From: a bacterium
GTDB taxonomy: Bacteria > Electryoneota > Electryoneia > Electryoneales > Electryoneaceae
Length of the DNA: 64,000 nucleotides
Assembly: GCA_020444425.1 (NCBI GenBank)
Contig: JAHLLB010000017.1
Location: 2,099 to 66,098, forward strand
Direction of reading: 5' to 3'
The notes below the pieces were generated by a model. The model saw nothing but the letters and a program-made list of their open reading frames with translations. It was not told where the DNA came from and searched no databases. This document shows, in pieces, positions 38,736 through 49,018 of the stretch (the stretch's first letter is position 1; every line of letters begins with the position of its first letter). The position numbers and the translations under genes were made by a program.

Positions 38736-39320
38736 ATGTCACGAATCGGCAAACTGCCCATTGCAATCCCGGACAAGGTGCAGGTTACGGTGGACGGCCA
38801 GGATGTCAGGGTCAAAGGTCCGCTGGGCGAACTGCATCGTGAGATCCGCGAGGAGATGGAAGTCAAGGTGGAAGACAATCAGGTGATTGTCACTCCGCGT
38901 GGCGAAACCCAACTCCATCGTGCTCTGCATGGCCTGTCCCGCACGTTGATCAACAACATGGTCGTCGGCGTGAATGAAGGCTATGAGAAGATTCTGGTCG
39001 TGATCGGCGTCGGATATTCGGCGGAGATCAAGGGGCCGGGGCTGATGCTTCGCGTCGGGTATTCGCACCCGATCTGGATGATGCCTCCTCCGGGAATCAC
39101 GTTTGAGCTGCTTCAGCCGAGCCAGTGGTCGGAAGCTGGTGTCGAGAAGCAGGGTGAGAACCAGACGGTTGCGATCCGCGTGCGCGGCATCGACAAGGCT
39201 TTGCTCGGCCAGGTGGCGGCCCGCGTTCGGAAGATCCGTCCGCCGGAGCCGTACAAGGGCAAGGGCATCCGGTACAACAAGGAATATGTCCGTCGTAAGG
39301 CTGGAAAGGCGGCGAAGTAA
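38736..39320 (+). CDS. rplF: 50S ribosomal protein L6
   Basis: Start [15 protein letters not shown] at 38736, internal to ORF 38715..39320; contains a ~25-aa insertion ([22 protein letters not shown]) relative to typical L6. Confidence 0.93.
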   Translation: MSRIGKLPIAIPDKVQVTVDGQDVRVKGPLGELHREIREEMEVKVEDNQVIVTPRGETQLHRALHGLSRTLINNMVVGVNEGYEKILVVIGVGYSAEIKGPGLMLRVGYSHPIWMMPPPGITFELLQPSQWSEAGVEKQGENQTVAIRVRGIDKALLGQVAARVRKIRPPEPYKGKGIRYNKEYVRRKAGKAAK

Positions 39321-39321
39321 G

Positions 39322-39735
39322 ATGGCGACTCGATACGAAAAGCGAAAGATTGCGCATCGCCGTCGCAAGATGCGTGTGCGCAAGAAGGTCAACGGCACGT
39401 CCGCACGTCCGCGCCTGGTGGTGAACCGGTCGCTGCGTTACATGCGTGTGGCGCTGGTTGATGACGACCGCGGGATGACGTTGTTCGGCGCGACGACCCG
39501 GAAGTTGCCGGAAGGTCTTGACCTGCCGGAGAAGCCGGAGGAGTACAAGGCCGGCAAGAAGAAGCTTCCGCTGAAGTCGAAGGTTGCGGATGCATTCAAG
39601 TTGGGTCTGCACATTGCGAAGCTGGCGAAGGATAACGGTATCGAATCTGTGGTGTTTGACCGGAACGGATTGCGGTACCACGGCCGGGTGCGTGCTGTTG
39701 CAGAAGGAGCGAGAAAAGGGGGACTGGCACTGTGA
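39322..39735 (+). CDS. rplR: 50S ribosomal protein L18
   Basis: Start [16 protein letters not shown] at 39322, immediately after the rplF stop; C-terminal [24 protein letters not shown]. Confidence 0.93.
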   Translation: MATRYEKRKIAHRRRKMRVRKKVNGTSARPRLVVNRSLRYMRVALVDDDRGMTLFGATTRKLPEGLDLPEKPEEYKAGKKKLPLKSKVADAFKLGLHIAKLAKDNGIESVVFDRNGLRYHGRVRAVAEGARKGGLAL

Positions 39736-40256
39736 ATCGTAGAGAACGCAAGCAGGATCGTGGTGGCTCCCCTGCCGACTCCGGGATGATTGAAAAGGTA
39801 GTCCACATCAACCGAGTCGCGAAGGTCGTTAAGGGTGGCCGTAATTTCAGCTTCAACGCGATCGTGGTTGTCGGTGACGGCAACGGCAAGGTCGGACACG
39901 GTCTTGGCAAGGCGCGTGAAGTAGCGGAAGCGATCAACAAGGGCACCGAGATCGCGAAGCGCAACCTGAAATCTTACCCGATGGTGGGCACGACGTTATC
40001 TCACCAGTTGGTTGGACGTTTCGGCGCGGCGCGTGTGGTGTTGAAGCCGGCCAGCCCCGGTACCGGTGTGATCGCCGGTGGCGGCGTGCGTGCCGTCCTT
40101 GAGTGTCTTGGTATTCGTGACGTGTTGACCAAGTCGTTGGGCAGCCGGAACCCGCACAACCTGGTGAAGGCGACCTTGGCGGGCCTGGAAGAGATGGAAA
40201 GTCTTGAGCATGTCGCTGCGAAGCGCGGCAAGACGTTCCGGGAGGTGTACCAGTAA
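39732..40256 (+). CDS. rpsE: 30S ribosomal protein S5
   Basis: GTG start overlapping the rplR stop; [34 protein letters not shown]. Confidence 0.97.
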   Translation: MNRRERKQDRGGSPADSGMIEKVVHINRVAKVVKGGRNFSFNAIVVVGDGNGKVGHGLGKAREVAEAINKGTEIAKRNLKSYPMVGTTLSHQLVGRFGAARVVLKPASPGTGVIAGGGVRAVLECLGIRDVLTKSLGSRNPHNLVKATLAGLEEMESLEHVAAKRGKTFREVYQ

Positions 40257-40462
40257 TGGCTGGCAAGCGTATTCGCATTACGTGGACCCGCAGCGCGATC
40301 GGCCGTTCGATCAAGCAGAAGCGCATCATTGAGGCGCTTGGTCTGCACCGGTTGAACGGATCGGTTGAACATGATGCGTCTCCGACGATCATGGGCATGG
40401 TGCGCAAGGTTCCGCATCTGGTTGAAGTGACGGACGTCCATGCGGACGCTGAACAGGGATAA
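40256..40462 (+). CDS. rpmD: 50S ribosomal protein L30
   Basis: 68 aa; IRITWTRSAIGRSIKQKRIIEALGL. Confidence 0.9.
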   Translation: MAGKRIRITWTRSAIGRSIKQKRIIEALGLHRLNGSVEHDASPTIMGMVRKVPHLVEVTDVHADAEQG

Positions 40463-40469
40463 TCGAGCG

Positions 40470-40970
40470 ATGAAAAACCTTGGCAATTTGATCCCTGCGA
40501 AGGGCTCGACGTCGACGCGCAAGCGTCGCGGCCGTGGGTACGGCAGTGGGAATGGCCGAACCGCAGGTCGTGGCCACAAGGGCGCGCAGAGCCGCAGTGG
40601 TTACAAGCGCAGAAGCTGGTTTGAAGGCGGTCAGATGCCGATCCAGCGTCGTCTGCCGAAGCACGGCTTCTGGAACCCGTTCCGTGAAGAGTTCCAGGAA
40701 GTGAACATCCGTGATCTGGCGAAGCTTCCGGGCGATGGTGAGATTGACGTGACGCCGGAAGTGTTGCAGGCTGCGCGCATTATCAAGAAGGCTGACCAGC
40801 CGGTGAAATTGCTGTCGATGGGGGATGCGGATCGCAAGTATGTTGTCCGTTTGTCCGCGGCGAGCAAACCGGCGGTAGCGAAAATCGAGCAGGCCGGTGG
40901 GCAGGTTCATCTGCCAGAGCCGGCTCCCAAGCGCGGCAAGTACAAGAAGCGTGCGGAACGGGCAGAATAA
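40470..40970 (+). CDS. rplO: 50S ribosomal protein L15
   Basis: Start MKNLGNLIPAKGS at 40470, internal to ORF 40440..40970; GRGHKGAQSRSG...FEGGQMPIQRRLPKHGF. Confidence 0.93.
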   Translation: MKNLGNLIPAKGSTSTRKRRGRGYGSGNGRTAGRGHKGAQSRSGYKRRSWFEGGQMPIQRRLPKHGFWNPFREEFQEVNIRDLAKLPGDGEIDVTPEVLQAARIIKKADQPVKLLSMGDADRKYVVRLSAASKPAVAKIEQAGGQVHLPEPAPKRGKYKKRAERAE

Positions 40971-40998
40971 CACCCAACAAGGGTGACTGAGGAAACCG

Positions 40999-42324
40999 AT
41001 GCTTGAGAAGATCCGCAATATCTTCAAGATTCCCGAGTTGCGCAGGCGCATTCTGTTTACGCTCGGTATCTTTCTGATCTATCGCCTCGGCGGCCACATT
41101 CCTGTGCCCGGCATCAATGCCGGTGTACTCGGCCAGTTTTTCGAGGAACGGGCGAACACCCTGTTTGGGTTGTACGACCTGTTCGCCGGCGGCAACTTCT
41201 CCCGTGCGACGATTTTCGCGCTCGGCATCATGCCTTACATTTCGGCGTCCATTATCATCCAGCTGCTCGGTTCGGTGATCCCCGCGATCCACCGGTTGCA
41301 GCAGTCGGGCGATGAAGGGCGGAAGAAGATCACTCAGTGGACACGATACGGCACGGTCGGCATTTCGGCCCTGCAGTCGTTGGGTGTCGCGGCATTCCTC
41401 ACCGGTATTCAGATTGGCAACGCTTCGGTGGTGCCGAATCCGGGGATCCCGTTCTACCTGCTCACCATGATCACGTTGACCGCCGGTACGGTGTTCATCA
41501 TGTGGCTGGGTGAAAAGATCGATGAACGGGGGATTGGTAACGGGATTTCGCTAATCATCTTCATTGGTATCATCGACCGCTTCCCATATGCGTTCATGGA
41601 CGAGTTCCAGTTGATGCAGCAGGGTGTGCGTACGGTGATCATGGAGTTGTTCCTGGTTGCCATCCTGGTGTTGACGACGGCGGCGGTTGTCGCGTTGACG
41701 CAGGGCAGCCGTAAGATTCCGGTGCAGTATACGAAGCGTGTTGTCGGGCGCCGGATGTACGGTGGCCAGGCGACCCATATTCCGCTGCGTGTGAACACGG
41801 CGGGCGTCATGCCGATCATTTTCGCGCAGACGATCATGTTCCTGCCGCAGACGGTGGCAACGTTCCTGCCGGCGGGTGGGTTCCAGGATTGGCTGAACAG
41901 CGCGTTCCGGTTTGACAGCTACATCTACATGGGCTTCTACGGCCTGTTGATCATCTTCTTCACGTACTTCTACACGGCGATTGCGTTCAACCCGGTCGAC
42001 GTGGCGAGCAATCTGAAAAAGAATGGCGGGATGGTTCCGGGGGTGAAGCCGGGCAAGAAGACGGCGGAATTCCTCGACAACATCCTGACTCGGATCACGT
42101 TGCCTGGCTCAATCTTCCTCGCGTTCATCGCGATCTTCCCGACGCTGATGAGCAAGTGGACGAATGCCGGCTTCAACCTGACGCAGTTCTACGGCGGTAC
42201 TGGTCTGCTGATTGTGGTGGGTGTGGCGTTGGATACGCTGCAGCAGATTGACAGCCACCTGCTGATGCGTCACTACGATGGTCTGATGAAGTCTGGACGG
42301 CTGAAGGGCCGTCGCCGGATGTAA
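40999..42324 (+). CDS. secY: preprotein translocase subunit SecY
   Basis: 441 aa; 10 TM segments; conserved position. Confidence 0.97.
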   Translation: MLEKIRNIFKIPELRRRILFTLGIFLIYRLGGHIPVPGINAGVLGQFFEERANTLFGLYDLFAGGNFSRATIFALGIMPYISASIIIQLLGSVIPAIHRLQQSGDEGRKKITQWTRYGTVGISALQSLGVAAFLTGIQIGNASVVPNPGIPFYLLTMITLTAGTVFIMWLGEKIDERGIGNGISLIIFIGIIDRFPYAFMDEFQLMQQGVRTVIMELFLVAILVLTTAAVVALTQGSRKIPVQYTKRVVGRRMYGGQATHIPLRVNTAGVMPIIFAQTIMFLPQTVATFLPAGGFQDWLNSAFRFDSYIYMGFYGLLIIFFTYFYTAIAFNPVDVASNLKKNGGMVPGVKPGKKTAEFLDNILTRITLPGSIFLAFIAIFPTLMSKWTNAGFNLTQFYGGTGLLIVVGVALDTLQQIDSHLLMRHYDGLMKSGRLKGRRRM

Positions 42325-42428
42325 CATCGTAACTGCCCGTGCGGACAGGTTCCGCGCGGATGATGATACAAACGTTGAGCAGTAGCGCCACACAGGGAGT
42401 GTGGCGAGGGGGAAGAGGGAACAAGCGA

Positions 42429-43076
42429 ATGTACCTGATCCTGCTAGGACCTCCAGGGGTTGGGAAAGGCACACAGGCCCAGTTTTTGATTGATGACCTG
42501 GGCGCAGTGCAACTTTCCACGGGTGATGTGTTGCGTGCGGCGATTGCGAATGGCACGGAACTTGGCAAGCAGGCGAAGCAGTACATGGACGCGGGGGATC
42601 TGGTCCCGGATGAGGTGATCCTCGGGATGATCCACAACAAGCTGGTGGAGCTGGAAGGCAAAGCGGTTATCTTTGACGGCTTCCCGCGCACTGAAGCCCA
42701 GGCCCAGGGGCTGGATGTCGAGTTGGAAAAGCTGGGTAAGAGCGTGGACAAGGCGCTCGAATTGACAATCGATGATCAGGTTGTGGTGGACCGCCTGAGT
42801 GCACGTCGTGTGCACGCTGGCAGCGGCCGCGTTTACAACCTGTTGTTCAACCCTCCGAAGAAGGAGGGGGTGGACGATGTCACCGGCGAGCCGTTGATGC
42901 ACCGTGACGATGACAAGGAAGATGTGATCCGTCACCGTCTCGAGGTGTATCACAAGGCCACGGAACCGGTTGCCGGCTTCTACGAGAAGCAGGGCAAGCT
43001 GGTGAAGGTGGACGGCGACGGTACGGTTGACGGCGTCCGCCAGCGCGTGAAGGATGCGTTGAAAGGTCTCGGATGA
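42429..43076 (+). CDS. adk: adenylate kinase
   Basis: Start MYLILLGPPGVGKGTQAQ (P-loop) at 42429, internal to ORF 42339..43076; lid domain present. Confidence 0.95.
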   Translation: MYLILLGPPGVGKGTQAQFLIDDLGAVQLSTGDVLRAAIANGTELGKQAKQYMDAGDLVPDEVILGMIHNKLVELEGKAVIFDGFPRTEAQAQGLDVELEKLGKSVDKALELTIDDQVVVDRLSARRVHAGSGRVYNLLFNPPKKEGVDDVTGEPLMHRDDDKEDVIRHRLEVYHKATEPVAGFYEKQGKLVKVDGDGTVDGVRQRVKDALKGLG

Positions 43077-43855
43077 TACGGGTCAAGAGCCCGGAGCAGA
43101 TTGAAGAACTTCGCCGCGCGGGTGGGTTGGTTGCAGAATGCCACCAGATCGCCCGGGAGATGATCAAGCCGGGCGTAAGCACGGCAGAGATCAACGCAGC
43201 GGTGGAAGAGCACATCCTGAAGGCTGGCGCGGAGCCTGCGTTCAAAGGTTATCCGGGCCCGGCGGGGGTGAAACCGTTTCCTGCCGCTTGCTGCATGTCG
43301 GTTGACGAGCAGGTGGTACACGGGTTCCCGAACGAGACCCCGCTGAAAGACGGCCAGATCCTCAGCGTCGATATCGGCGTGAAGATGCCGAGCGGCTGGT
43401 ATGGTGATGCCGCACGGACACTGGGTGTCGGGACGATCAGCGAAGACGCGGAGAAGTTGCTGGACGCGACGATGGAGTCGCTGCTTGCGGCGATTGACAC
43501 AGTTCGGCCGGGCGCATTTTTGAGCGACATCGGCCACGCGGTCCAGACATACGTCGAACGACGTGGATTTTCAGTAGTGCGCGACCTGGTCGGGCACGGT
43601 ATTGGCAAGCAGATGCACGAACCGCCCGAGGTGCCTAATTTTGGACGCTGTGGTCGTGGGTTACGATTGCGGGAAGGTATGACGCTCTGCATCGAACCGA
43701 TGATCAACATGGGCACTTGGAAGGTGGACGTGTTGCAGGATGGGTGGACGGTGGTTACGGCAGATCGCAAACCGTCAGCTCACTTTGAGCACATGATTGC
43801 GGTCACGAAGGATGGAGCACGCATCCTGTCGCCAGACACCGATACGGAGAGTTGA
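43073..43855 (+). CDS. map: type I methionine aminopeptidase
   Basis: 260 aa; overlaps the adk stop; metal ligands in the [24 protein letters not shown] and EPMIN regions. Confidence 0.95.
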   Translation: MIRVKSPEQIEELRRAGGLVAECHQIAREMIKPGVSTAEINAAVEEHILKAGAEPAFKGYPGPAGVKPFPAACCMSVDEQVVHGFPNETPLKDGQILSVDIGVKMPSGWYGDAARTLGVGTISEDAEKLLDATMESLLAAIDTVRPGAFLSDIGHAVQTYVERRGFSVVRDLVGHGIGKQMHEPPEVPNFGRCGRGLRLREGMTLCIEPMINMGTWKVDVLQDGWTVVTADRKPSAHFEHMIAVTKDGARILSPDTDTES

Positions 43856-43857
43856 TT

Positions 43858-44094
43858 TTGGCGAAAGAAGAAGCGATCAAGATGGACGGCACCATCATCG
43901 AGACGCTGCCGAACGCCAGCTTTCTCGTCGAATTGGATTCGGCGAAAGAGGGCGAGAAGGGGCATCGGGTGTTGGCGCACATTTCCGGCAAGATGCGGAT
44001 GCACTACATTCGAATTCTGCCGGGTGACAAGGTGACCGTTGAGTTGTCGCCGTACGATCTTTCTCGCGGACGCATCATCTATCGCTACAAGTAG
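43858..44094 (+). CDS. infA: translation initiation factor IF-1
   Basis: TTG start ([22 protein letters not shown]...[36 protein letters not shown]); ORF track uses TTG 43852. Confidence 0.93.
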   Translation: MAKEEAIKMDGTIIETLPNASFLVELDSAKEGEKGHRVLAHISGKMRMHYIRILPGDKVTVELSPYDLSRGRIIYRYK

Positions 44095-44102
44095 TGAGCT
44101 GG

Positions 44103-44250
44103 TCCTGAGTCTTGAGTCCTGAGTCTTGAGAAAAAGACGAAAGACGCAGGACGAGCGACATAAGACGGCATAAACAAGCTTGACATACGGTCTTGGGATT
44201 GGTCTGGAGTGGTTTACTCAGGACTGAAGACTCGAGACGCAAGACTGAGG
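44103..44250. repeat. short repeats: 14-mer TCCTGAGTCTTGAG x2, AAGACG-rich run and inverted ACTCAGGACTGAAGACTCGAG segment in the infA-rpmJ spacer
   Basis: Read directly; shares CTGAGT/CTTGAG core words with the repeats at 5404..5462. Confidence 0.7.
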
Positions 44251-44256
44251 TTAGAG

Positions 44257-44373
44257 ATGAAAGTTCGCAGCTCGGTTAAAAAAATTTGCGAACACTGCAA
44301 GATCATCAAGCGCCGCGGTGTGGTGCGGGTGATTTGCAGCCGGGATCCAAAGCACAAGCAGCGGCAGGGATAA
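44257..44373 (+). CDS. rpmJ: 50S ribosomal protein L36
   Basis: Manual translation [38 protein letters not shown] (38 aa); below the ORF-track cutoff. Confidence 0.95.
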   Translation: MKVRSSVKKICEHCKIIKRRGVVRVICSRDPKHKQRQG

Positions 44374-44376
44374 GCA

Positions 44377-44748
44377 ATGGCTCGAATTGCAGGCGTTGAT
44401 CTACCCCGCGACAAGCGCACGGACATCGCGCTTACGTACATCTACGGTATTGGTCGCTCGAAGGCACAGGAAATTTGCAAGGCGACGAGTGTCGACGGTG
44501 GAATCAAAGTGCGTGACTTGACGGACCAGCAGGTTCGCGAGATCCGTGAGGAGATCAACCAACATCACAAGGTGGAAGGCCCGCTGCGTACGGAAGTCCA
44601 GATGAACATCAAGCGATTGATGGACATCGGCTGCTATCGTGGGCTTCGTCACCGTCGCGGTCTGCCGGTTCACGGTCAGAACACGAAGAACAACGCTCGC
44701 ACGCGCAAAGGCAAGAAGAAGGGCGCGGTGGGCGGTAAGAAGAAGTAA
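44377..44748 (+). CDS. rpsM: 30S ribosomal protein S13
   Basis: 123 aa; [14 protein letters not shown]. Confidence 0.97.
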   Translation: MARIAGVDLPRDKRTDIALTYIYGIGRSKAQEICKATSVDGGIKVRDLTDQQVREIREEINQHHKVEGPLRTEVQMNIKRLMDIGCYRGLRHRRGLPVHGQNTKNNARTRKGKKKGAVGGKKK

Positions 44749-44763
44749 GGAAGGGACACGAGT

Positions 44764-45150
44764 ATGGCCGCACCGAAAAGGCGTGCGAAAAAGAAAGAAC
44801 GTGTCGATGCCAATGGCGTCGCGCACGTCAAGTCGAGTTTCAACAACACGATCATTACGTTGACCGACACGTACGGCAACGTGATTTCGTGGTCCTCCGC
44901 CGGTCGTGTCGGGTTCAAGGGTTCGCGTAAGAACACTCCGTACGCGTCCACCCAGGCTGCGACGAATGCGGCGAAGGCGGCGATGGATCTCGGCCTGCGT
45001 CGCGTGCAGGTGCACGTGAAGGGTCCGGGCGCTGGACGTGAGTCCGCAGTGCGCGCTTTGGCCGCCGCCGGATTGCAGATTACGACGATTCGTGACGTCA
45101 CCCCGATTCCGCACAACGGGTGCCGTCCGAAAAAGCGTCGCCGCGTGTAA
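44764..45150 (+). CDS. rpsK: 30S ribosomal protein S11
   Basis: 128 aa; [16 protein letters not shown]. Confidence 0.97.
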   Translation: MAAPKRRAKKKERVDANGVAHVKSSFNNTIITLTDTYGNVISWSSAGRVGFKGSRKNTPYASTQAATNAAKAAMDLGLRRVQVHVKGPGAGRESAVRALAAAGLQITTIRDVTPIPHNGCRPKKRRRV

Positions 45151-45184
45151 GCAGGAACGTACAACTCCACCTGGAGATTTGGGA

Positions 45185-45814
45185 ATGGCTCGATATACAG
45201 GCGCGAAGTGCAAGCGCTGCCGGGCTGTCGGCTACAAACTGCACCTCAAGGGCGAACGTTGCCAGGGGCCGAAATGCCCGTTGGAACGCAAGCCTTATCC
45301 GCCGGGACAGCATGGACAATCCCGCCGCCGGAAGAAGTCTGAGTACGGTTTGCAGTTGATGGAAAAGCAGAAGGTCCGTTGGACCTACGACATGCTCGAG
45401 AAGCAGTTCCGGAATTCGTATGAAAAGGCGAACCGGATGACCGGTGTAACCGGTGAAAATCTGCTTGCGATGCTGGAACGTCGTCTGGACATGGTTGTTT
45501 ACCGGACCGGGTTCATGCCGAGCCTGCCGTCCGCACGGCAGCTCGTCCGCCATCGTCACATCCTGGTGAACGGTAAGGTGACGGATATTCCGTCCTACAT
45601 CGCGAAGCCGGGCGACATCATCGAGGTGCGTGAACGCGCACGCAAGATGGAAGCGATTCACTCCAGCCTGCGTCGTGTCAAGACCACGAATGTGATGCCG
45701 CATTTGGAACTTGACAAGGCGAAGCTGCGTGTGACGCTGACCGCAATGCCGACTCGTGAGGACGTCCCGGAGACGTTCAACGAGCAGGCAGTCGTCGAGT
45801 TGTACTCGAAGTAA
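45185..45814 (+). CDS. rpsD: 30S ribosomal protein S4
   Basis: Start MARYTGAKCKRCRAVGYKLHLKGERC at 45185, internal to ORF 45038..45814. Confidence 0.96.
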   Translation: MARYTGAKCKRCRAVGYKLHLKGERCQGPKCPLERKPYPPGQHGQSRRRKKSEYGLQLMEKQKVRWTYDMLEKQFRNSYEKANRMTGVTGENLLAMLERRLDMVVYRTGFMPSLPSARQLVRHRHILVNGKVTDIPSYIAKPGDIIEVRERARKMEAIHSSLRRVKTTNVMPHLELDKAKLRVTLTAMPTREDVPETFNEQAVVELYSK

Positions 45815-45833
45815 TTGCTGGGAGCGGAACCCC

Positions 45834-46871
45834 ATGAGCACCCTCAATTTCCAGATGCCGGAAATCATCGAGCTGGACGAAGGAACGTATTGCGCAACGT
45901 ATGGCAAGTTCTTCGTCCACCCGCTGGAACGCGGTTTCGGTGTGACCATCGGCAACAGTTTGCGCCGTGTGCTGCTCGCGTCGCTTCAGGGCGCGGCGAT
46001 CAGCTCGGTGCGCATAGAGGCCGACCCGCCGGTACTGCATGAGTTTACGACCATCCCCGGTGTGATCGAGGATGTGGCGGAACTGGTGCTGAATTTGAAG
46101 GAAGTCCGGATCAAGCTGCTGAACAAGCGGCCGAACAAGGTCTTTCTCAGCTTCAAGGGCGACGGTACGTTTACCGCCGGCGACCTGCAGAAGAACAATA
46201 CCGATTTTGAAGTGCTCAACCCTGAGCACCATATCGCCACGCTGACCGAGAACGCGAACTTCAGCATCGAATTGACGATCAAGCGCGGTCGCGGATACTT
46301 CAGCGCGGAAGAAAATCGTGAAGCGAACATGGCGATCGGCACAATTCCGATCGACAGCATTTTCAGCCCGGTGCGCAATGTGACGTTCGCGGTGGAAAAC
46401 ACCCGCGTCGGCCAACGCACGGACTACGAAAAGCTGATCCTCGAGATCTGGACGGACGGGTCCATTACTCCGGACGACGCTCTGTCGCAGGCGGCGAAGA
46501 TCATGCGCGATCACATCCAGCTGTTCATCAACCTTGACCAGTCGGCCGAGGAAGAGGAACCGCAGGAAATCGACGAGGAAGTGCTTCGCATCCGCAAGAT
46601 CCTGAAGCAGCCGGTGGACGCGCTCGAGTTAAGCGTGCGCAGCGCCAACTGTCTGAAGGAAGCGTCGATCAAGACGGTGGCGGATCTGGTCAAGCACACC
46701 GAAGATGAGCTGCTCAACTTCAAGAACTTCGGCCGCAAGTCGTTTATCGAGTTGCAGGAGCGTCTTGAGGGCAAGGGCCTCGAATTCGGCATGGACGTCG
46801 AGAAGTTCCTCTCCGAAGGGGATGGCATGACCAGTTCGGCTGGTGTGCCGGTTTCGGAAGAGGCTGAGTAG
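45834..46871 (+). CDS. rpoA: DNA-directed RNA polymerase subunit alpha
   Basis: Start MSTLNFQMPEIIELDEG at 45834; N-terminal dimerisation domain and C-terminal alpha-CTD. Confidence 0.97.
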   Translation: MSTLNFQMPEIIELDEGTYCATYGKFFVHPLERGFGVTIGNSLRRVLLASLQGAAISSVRIEADPPVLHEFTTIPGVIEDVAELVLNLKEVRIKLLNKRPNKVFLSFKGDGTFTAGDLQKNNTDFEVLNPEHHIATLTENANFSIELTIKRGRGYFSAEENREANMAIGTIPIDSIFSPVRNVTFAVENTRVGQRTDYEKLILEIWTDGSITPDDALSQAAKIMRDHIQLFINLDQSAEEEEPQEIDEEVLRIRKILKQPVDALELSVRSANCLKEASIKTVADLVKHTEDELLNFKNFGRKSFIELQERLEGKGLEFGMDVEKFLSEGDGMTSSAGVPVSEEAE

Positions 46872-47082
46872 TAGTTTCTATTACCATGGACTTAAGTCCG
46901 TGGTAAGCGAAGTGGCCGTGTCAGAGGATTTGCAGACGCGGTTGAGCCCAGATATGAATGTCTGGGGCATGAACGAGCCCGGACAGTGAATCGGGGCATG
47001 TAAACAGGTTGGACAAGGCGGAGCCGCGCCATGAGTCGCGCGATCCGCGGACAGTGCCTGTTGGCACCATCGGGAGTTGACC

Positions 47083-47865
47083 GTGCGTCACCAGAAGACC
47101 AATATCAAGCTGAACCGGACAGCGTCCCATCGCAAGGCGCTGCTGATGAACCAGACGCGTGCGTTGATCGAGCACAAGAAGATCACGACCACGCTGGCGA
47201 AGGCGAAAGCGACCCGCAGCTATGCGGAACGTCTGATCACGTTCGCGAAGAAGGACGATGTCGCCGCGCGCCGTCAGGTGCTGAAGAAGCTGCACAGCCG
47301 TGACGCCGTGAAGACGTTGTTCCATGATATCGGCCCGCGTTTCCGTGACCGGAACGGTGGCTACACCCGCATCATCAAGCTGGAAAACCGGAACGGCGAC
47401 AACGCCCCGATGGCGATTCTTGAGCTGGTCGGTTTTGCGGTCGATGAGCCGGTGAAGACGGGCCGTAAGCGCCGTCGTCCGGCTGCCCAGCGCAAGCCTG
47501 CCGCGAAGAAGGATACCACCGCTGCAGCCACACCGGTGAAGGAAGAGGCTGCCGCCGCAACCGCTGAGGAAGCGGTTGAGGAAAAGGCTGCTGAAGCAGA
47601 AGCCACGGTTGACGAAGCGGAAGAGGTCGTCGAAGAAGCTGCCGCCGAAGAAACGGAAGCGACGGAAGAAGTCGTCGAAGAGGCGCAGGAAGCCAAGGCT
47701 GAGGAAGAAGCTCCGGTGGAAGAGGAAGAGAAGAAGCCGGAAGCCGAAGCCGCTGAAGAAGCGCCAGCCGAAGCCGAAGCTGCGGAAGAAACCGCGGAAG
47801 AGGCCAGGGAAGACGACAAGTCTGACGACGCCGACGAAGGCGAAGAGGAAAAGAAGAAGGACTGA
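47083..47865 (+). CDS. rplQ: 50S ribosomal protein L17 with ~130-aa Ala/Glu/Lys-rich acidic C-terminal extension
   Basis: GGGAG SD then GTG 47083 ([21 protein letters not shown] aligns to the L17 N-terminus); conserved core ends near ILELVGF; low-complexity A/E tail follows; ORF track start is TTG 47077. Confidence 0.9.
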   Translation: MRHQKTNIKLNRTASHRKALLMNQTRALIEHKKITTTLAKAKATRSYAERLITFAKKDDVAARRQVLKKLHSRDAVKTLFHDIGPRFRDRNGGYTRIIKLENRNGDNAPMAILELVGFAVDEPVKTGRKRRRPAAQRKPAAKKDTTAAATPVKEEAAAATAEEAVEEKAAEAEATVDEAEEVVEEAAAEETEATEEVVEEAQEAKAEEEAPVEEEEKKPEAEAAEEAPAEAEAAEETAEEAREDDKSDDADEGEEEKKKD

Positions 47866-47895
47866 TTTTTCCTCATCCAGCAAGCTGTCTATTCA

Positions 47896-47923
47896 AGCCG
47901 AACCTTTGGGTTCGGCTTTTTTG
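47896..47923 (+). terminator. intrinsic terminator at the end of the alpha operon
   Basis: AGCCGAACC-TTTG-GGTTCGGCT followed by TTTTTT. Confidence 0.75.
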
Positions 47924-48049
47924 CTCTCGCAAGGTTCAAATAGTCATCGTCGTGTGTTGCATGGGAGCGATAAAAGTCGTAAGAAACAAGCTTCACCAGT
48001 CTCGCAAAAATTCCGATCTAAGAACGACTCAGGTTTGGCGAACGCCTAC

Positions 48050-49018
48050 ATGCCCACATCCAGTTCACAGCGTACCCTCTTTAACCTGCCGATCAGCGGG
48101 CTGGTTCATCTGCTGATTGTATACGTTGTCTGGGGCAGCACGTTCCTCGCGATCCGCATTGCGGTCCGTGAGGGTGCGGGCTGGGACCCGTACTCGATGG
48201 CGGGTTCGCGGTTGTTGATCGCTGGGGTATTGCTGCTGCTGTTCGCGAAACTGCGCGGCCAACGCATTCTGCCGGAGCGTAACGAGTGGTGGCGGTTGAC
48301 GTTGTACGGCTTGTTCATCTGGGTGATCGGGCATGGGATCGTGGTCTGGGCGGAAGAGGTTGTCCCGTCGGGGCAGGCGGCGCTGATTGTTGGCTCGGTG
48401 CCGATCTGGGGCGCGATATTTGAAGCGTTCGCCGACAAACGGCGGCCCAGTGCGGGGATGATTCTCGGGCTGGCGCTGGGGTTTGTTGGCCTGATCCTGT
48501 TGCTGGACCCGATCACGTTGTTCCGTGAACAGAGTGTTTCGCCACGCCTGGCGGTAGTTGTGATCGGCACGTTGAGCTGGTCGGGCGGGGTGGTGTACCA
48601 GGCGCGCAAACGGGTCGGCTTAAGTTCGATGGCGAGTTCCGGCTGGCAGCAGTTGCTGGCGTCGGTTGGGTTTGCGGTGTTGTTCGTGACGCTGGAAAAC
48701 AAGATGCCCACGCCAACCGTGGACGCCTGGCTGGCATGGGCTTATCTGCTCGTGTTCGGCTCGCTGATCGCGTTCACCAGCTACGTGATCATGGTCAAGG
48801 TGCTGCCGACCTCGATCGTGCTGACTCACACATACGTCAATCCCGCTGTTGCGGTGTTCCTCGGCTGGTTCTTCCTCAGCGAAGAAATCAACCCGCGAGT
48901 ACTTTTTGGCGCGGTGCTGATCCTGACCGGTGTCGGCATCGTCTTCGCGGCGAAACGGCGCTGGAAGGCGCGTCCGATCACGCGGGTTCCGCTCGGTCGT
49001 GATCAACTACCAGGGTAG
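48050..49018 (+). CDS. EamA/DMT family transporter
   Basis: Start MPTSSSQRTLFNLP at 48050; 10 predicted TM helices in two EamA-like halves; the upstream part of ORF 47576..49018 is a frame artefact over the rplQ tail. Confidence 0.8.
   Translation: MPTSSSQRTLFNLPISGLVHLLIVYVVWGSTFLAIRIAVREGAGWDPYSMAGSRLLIAGVLLLLFAKLRGQRILPERNEWWRLTLYGLFIWVIGHGIVVWAEEVVPSGQAALIVGSVPIWGAIFEAFADKRRPSAGMILGLALGFVGLILLLDPITLFREQSVSPRLAVVVIGTLSWSGGVVYQARKRVGLSSMASSGWQQLLASVGFAVLFVTLENKMPTPTVDAWLAWAYLLVFGSLIAFTSYVIMVKVLPTSIVLTHTYVNPAVAVFLGWFFLSEEINPRVLFGAVLILTGVGIVFAAKRRWKARPITRVPLGRDQLPG

Noticed and set aside
47576-48049. 5' part of 480-aa plus-strand ORF (Lys/Arg-rich) and 171-aa Ser/Ala-rich minus ORF 47361..47876
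   Set aside because: Alternative-frame and antisense readings of the repetitive GAA/GCN codons of the L17 acidic tail; the real downstream gene (EamA) starts at 48050.
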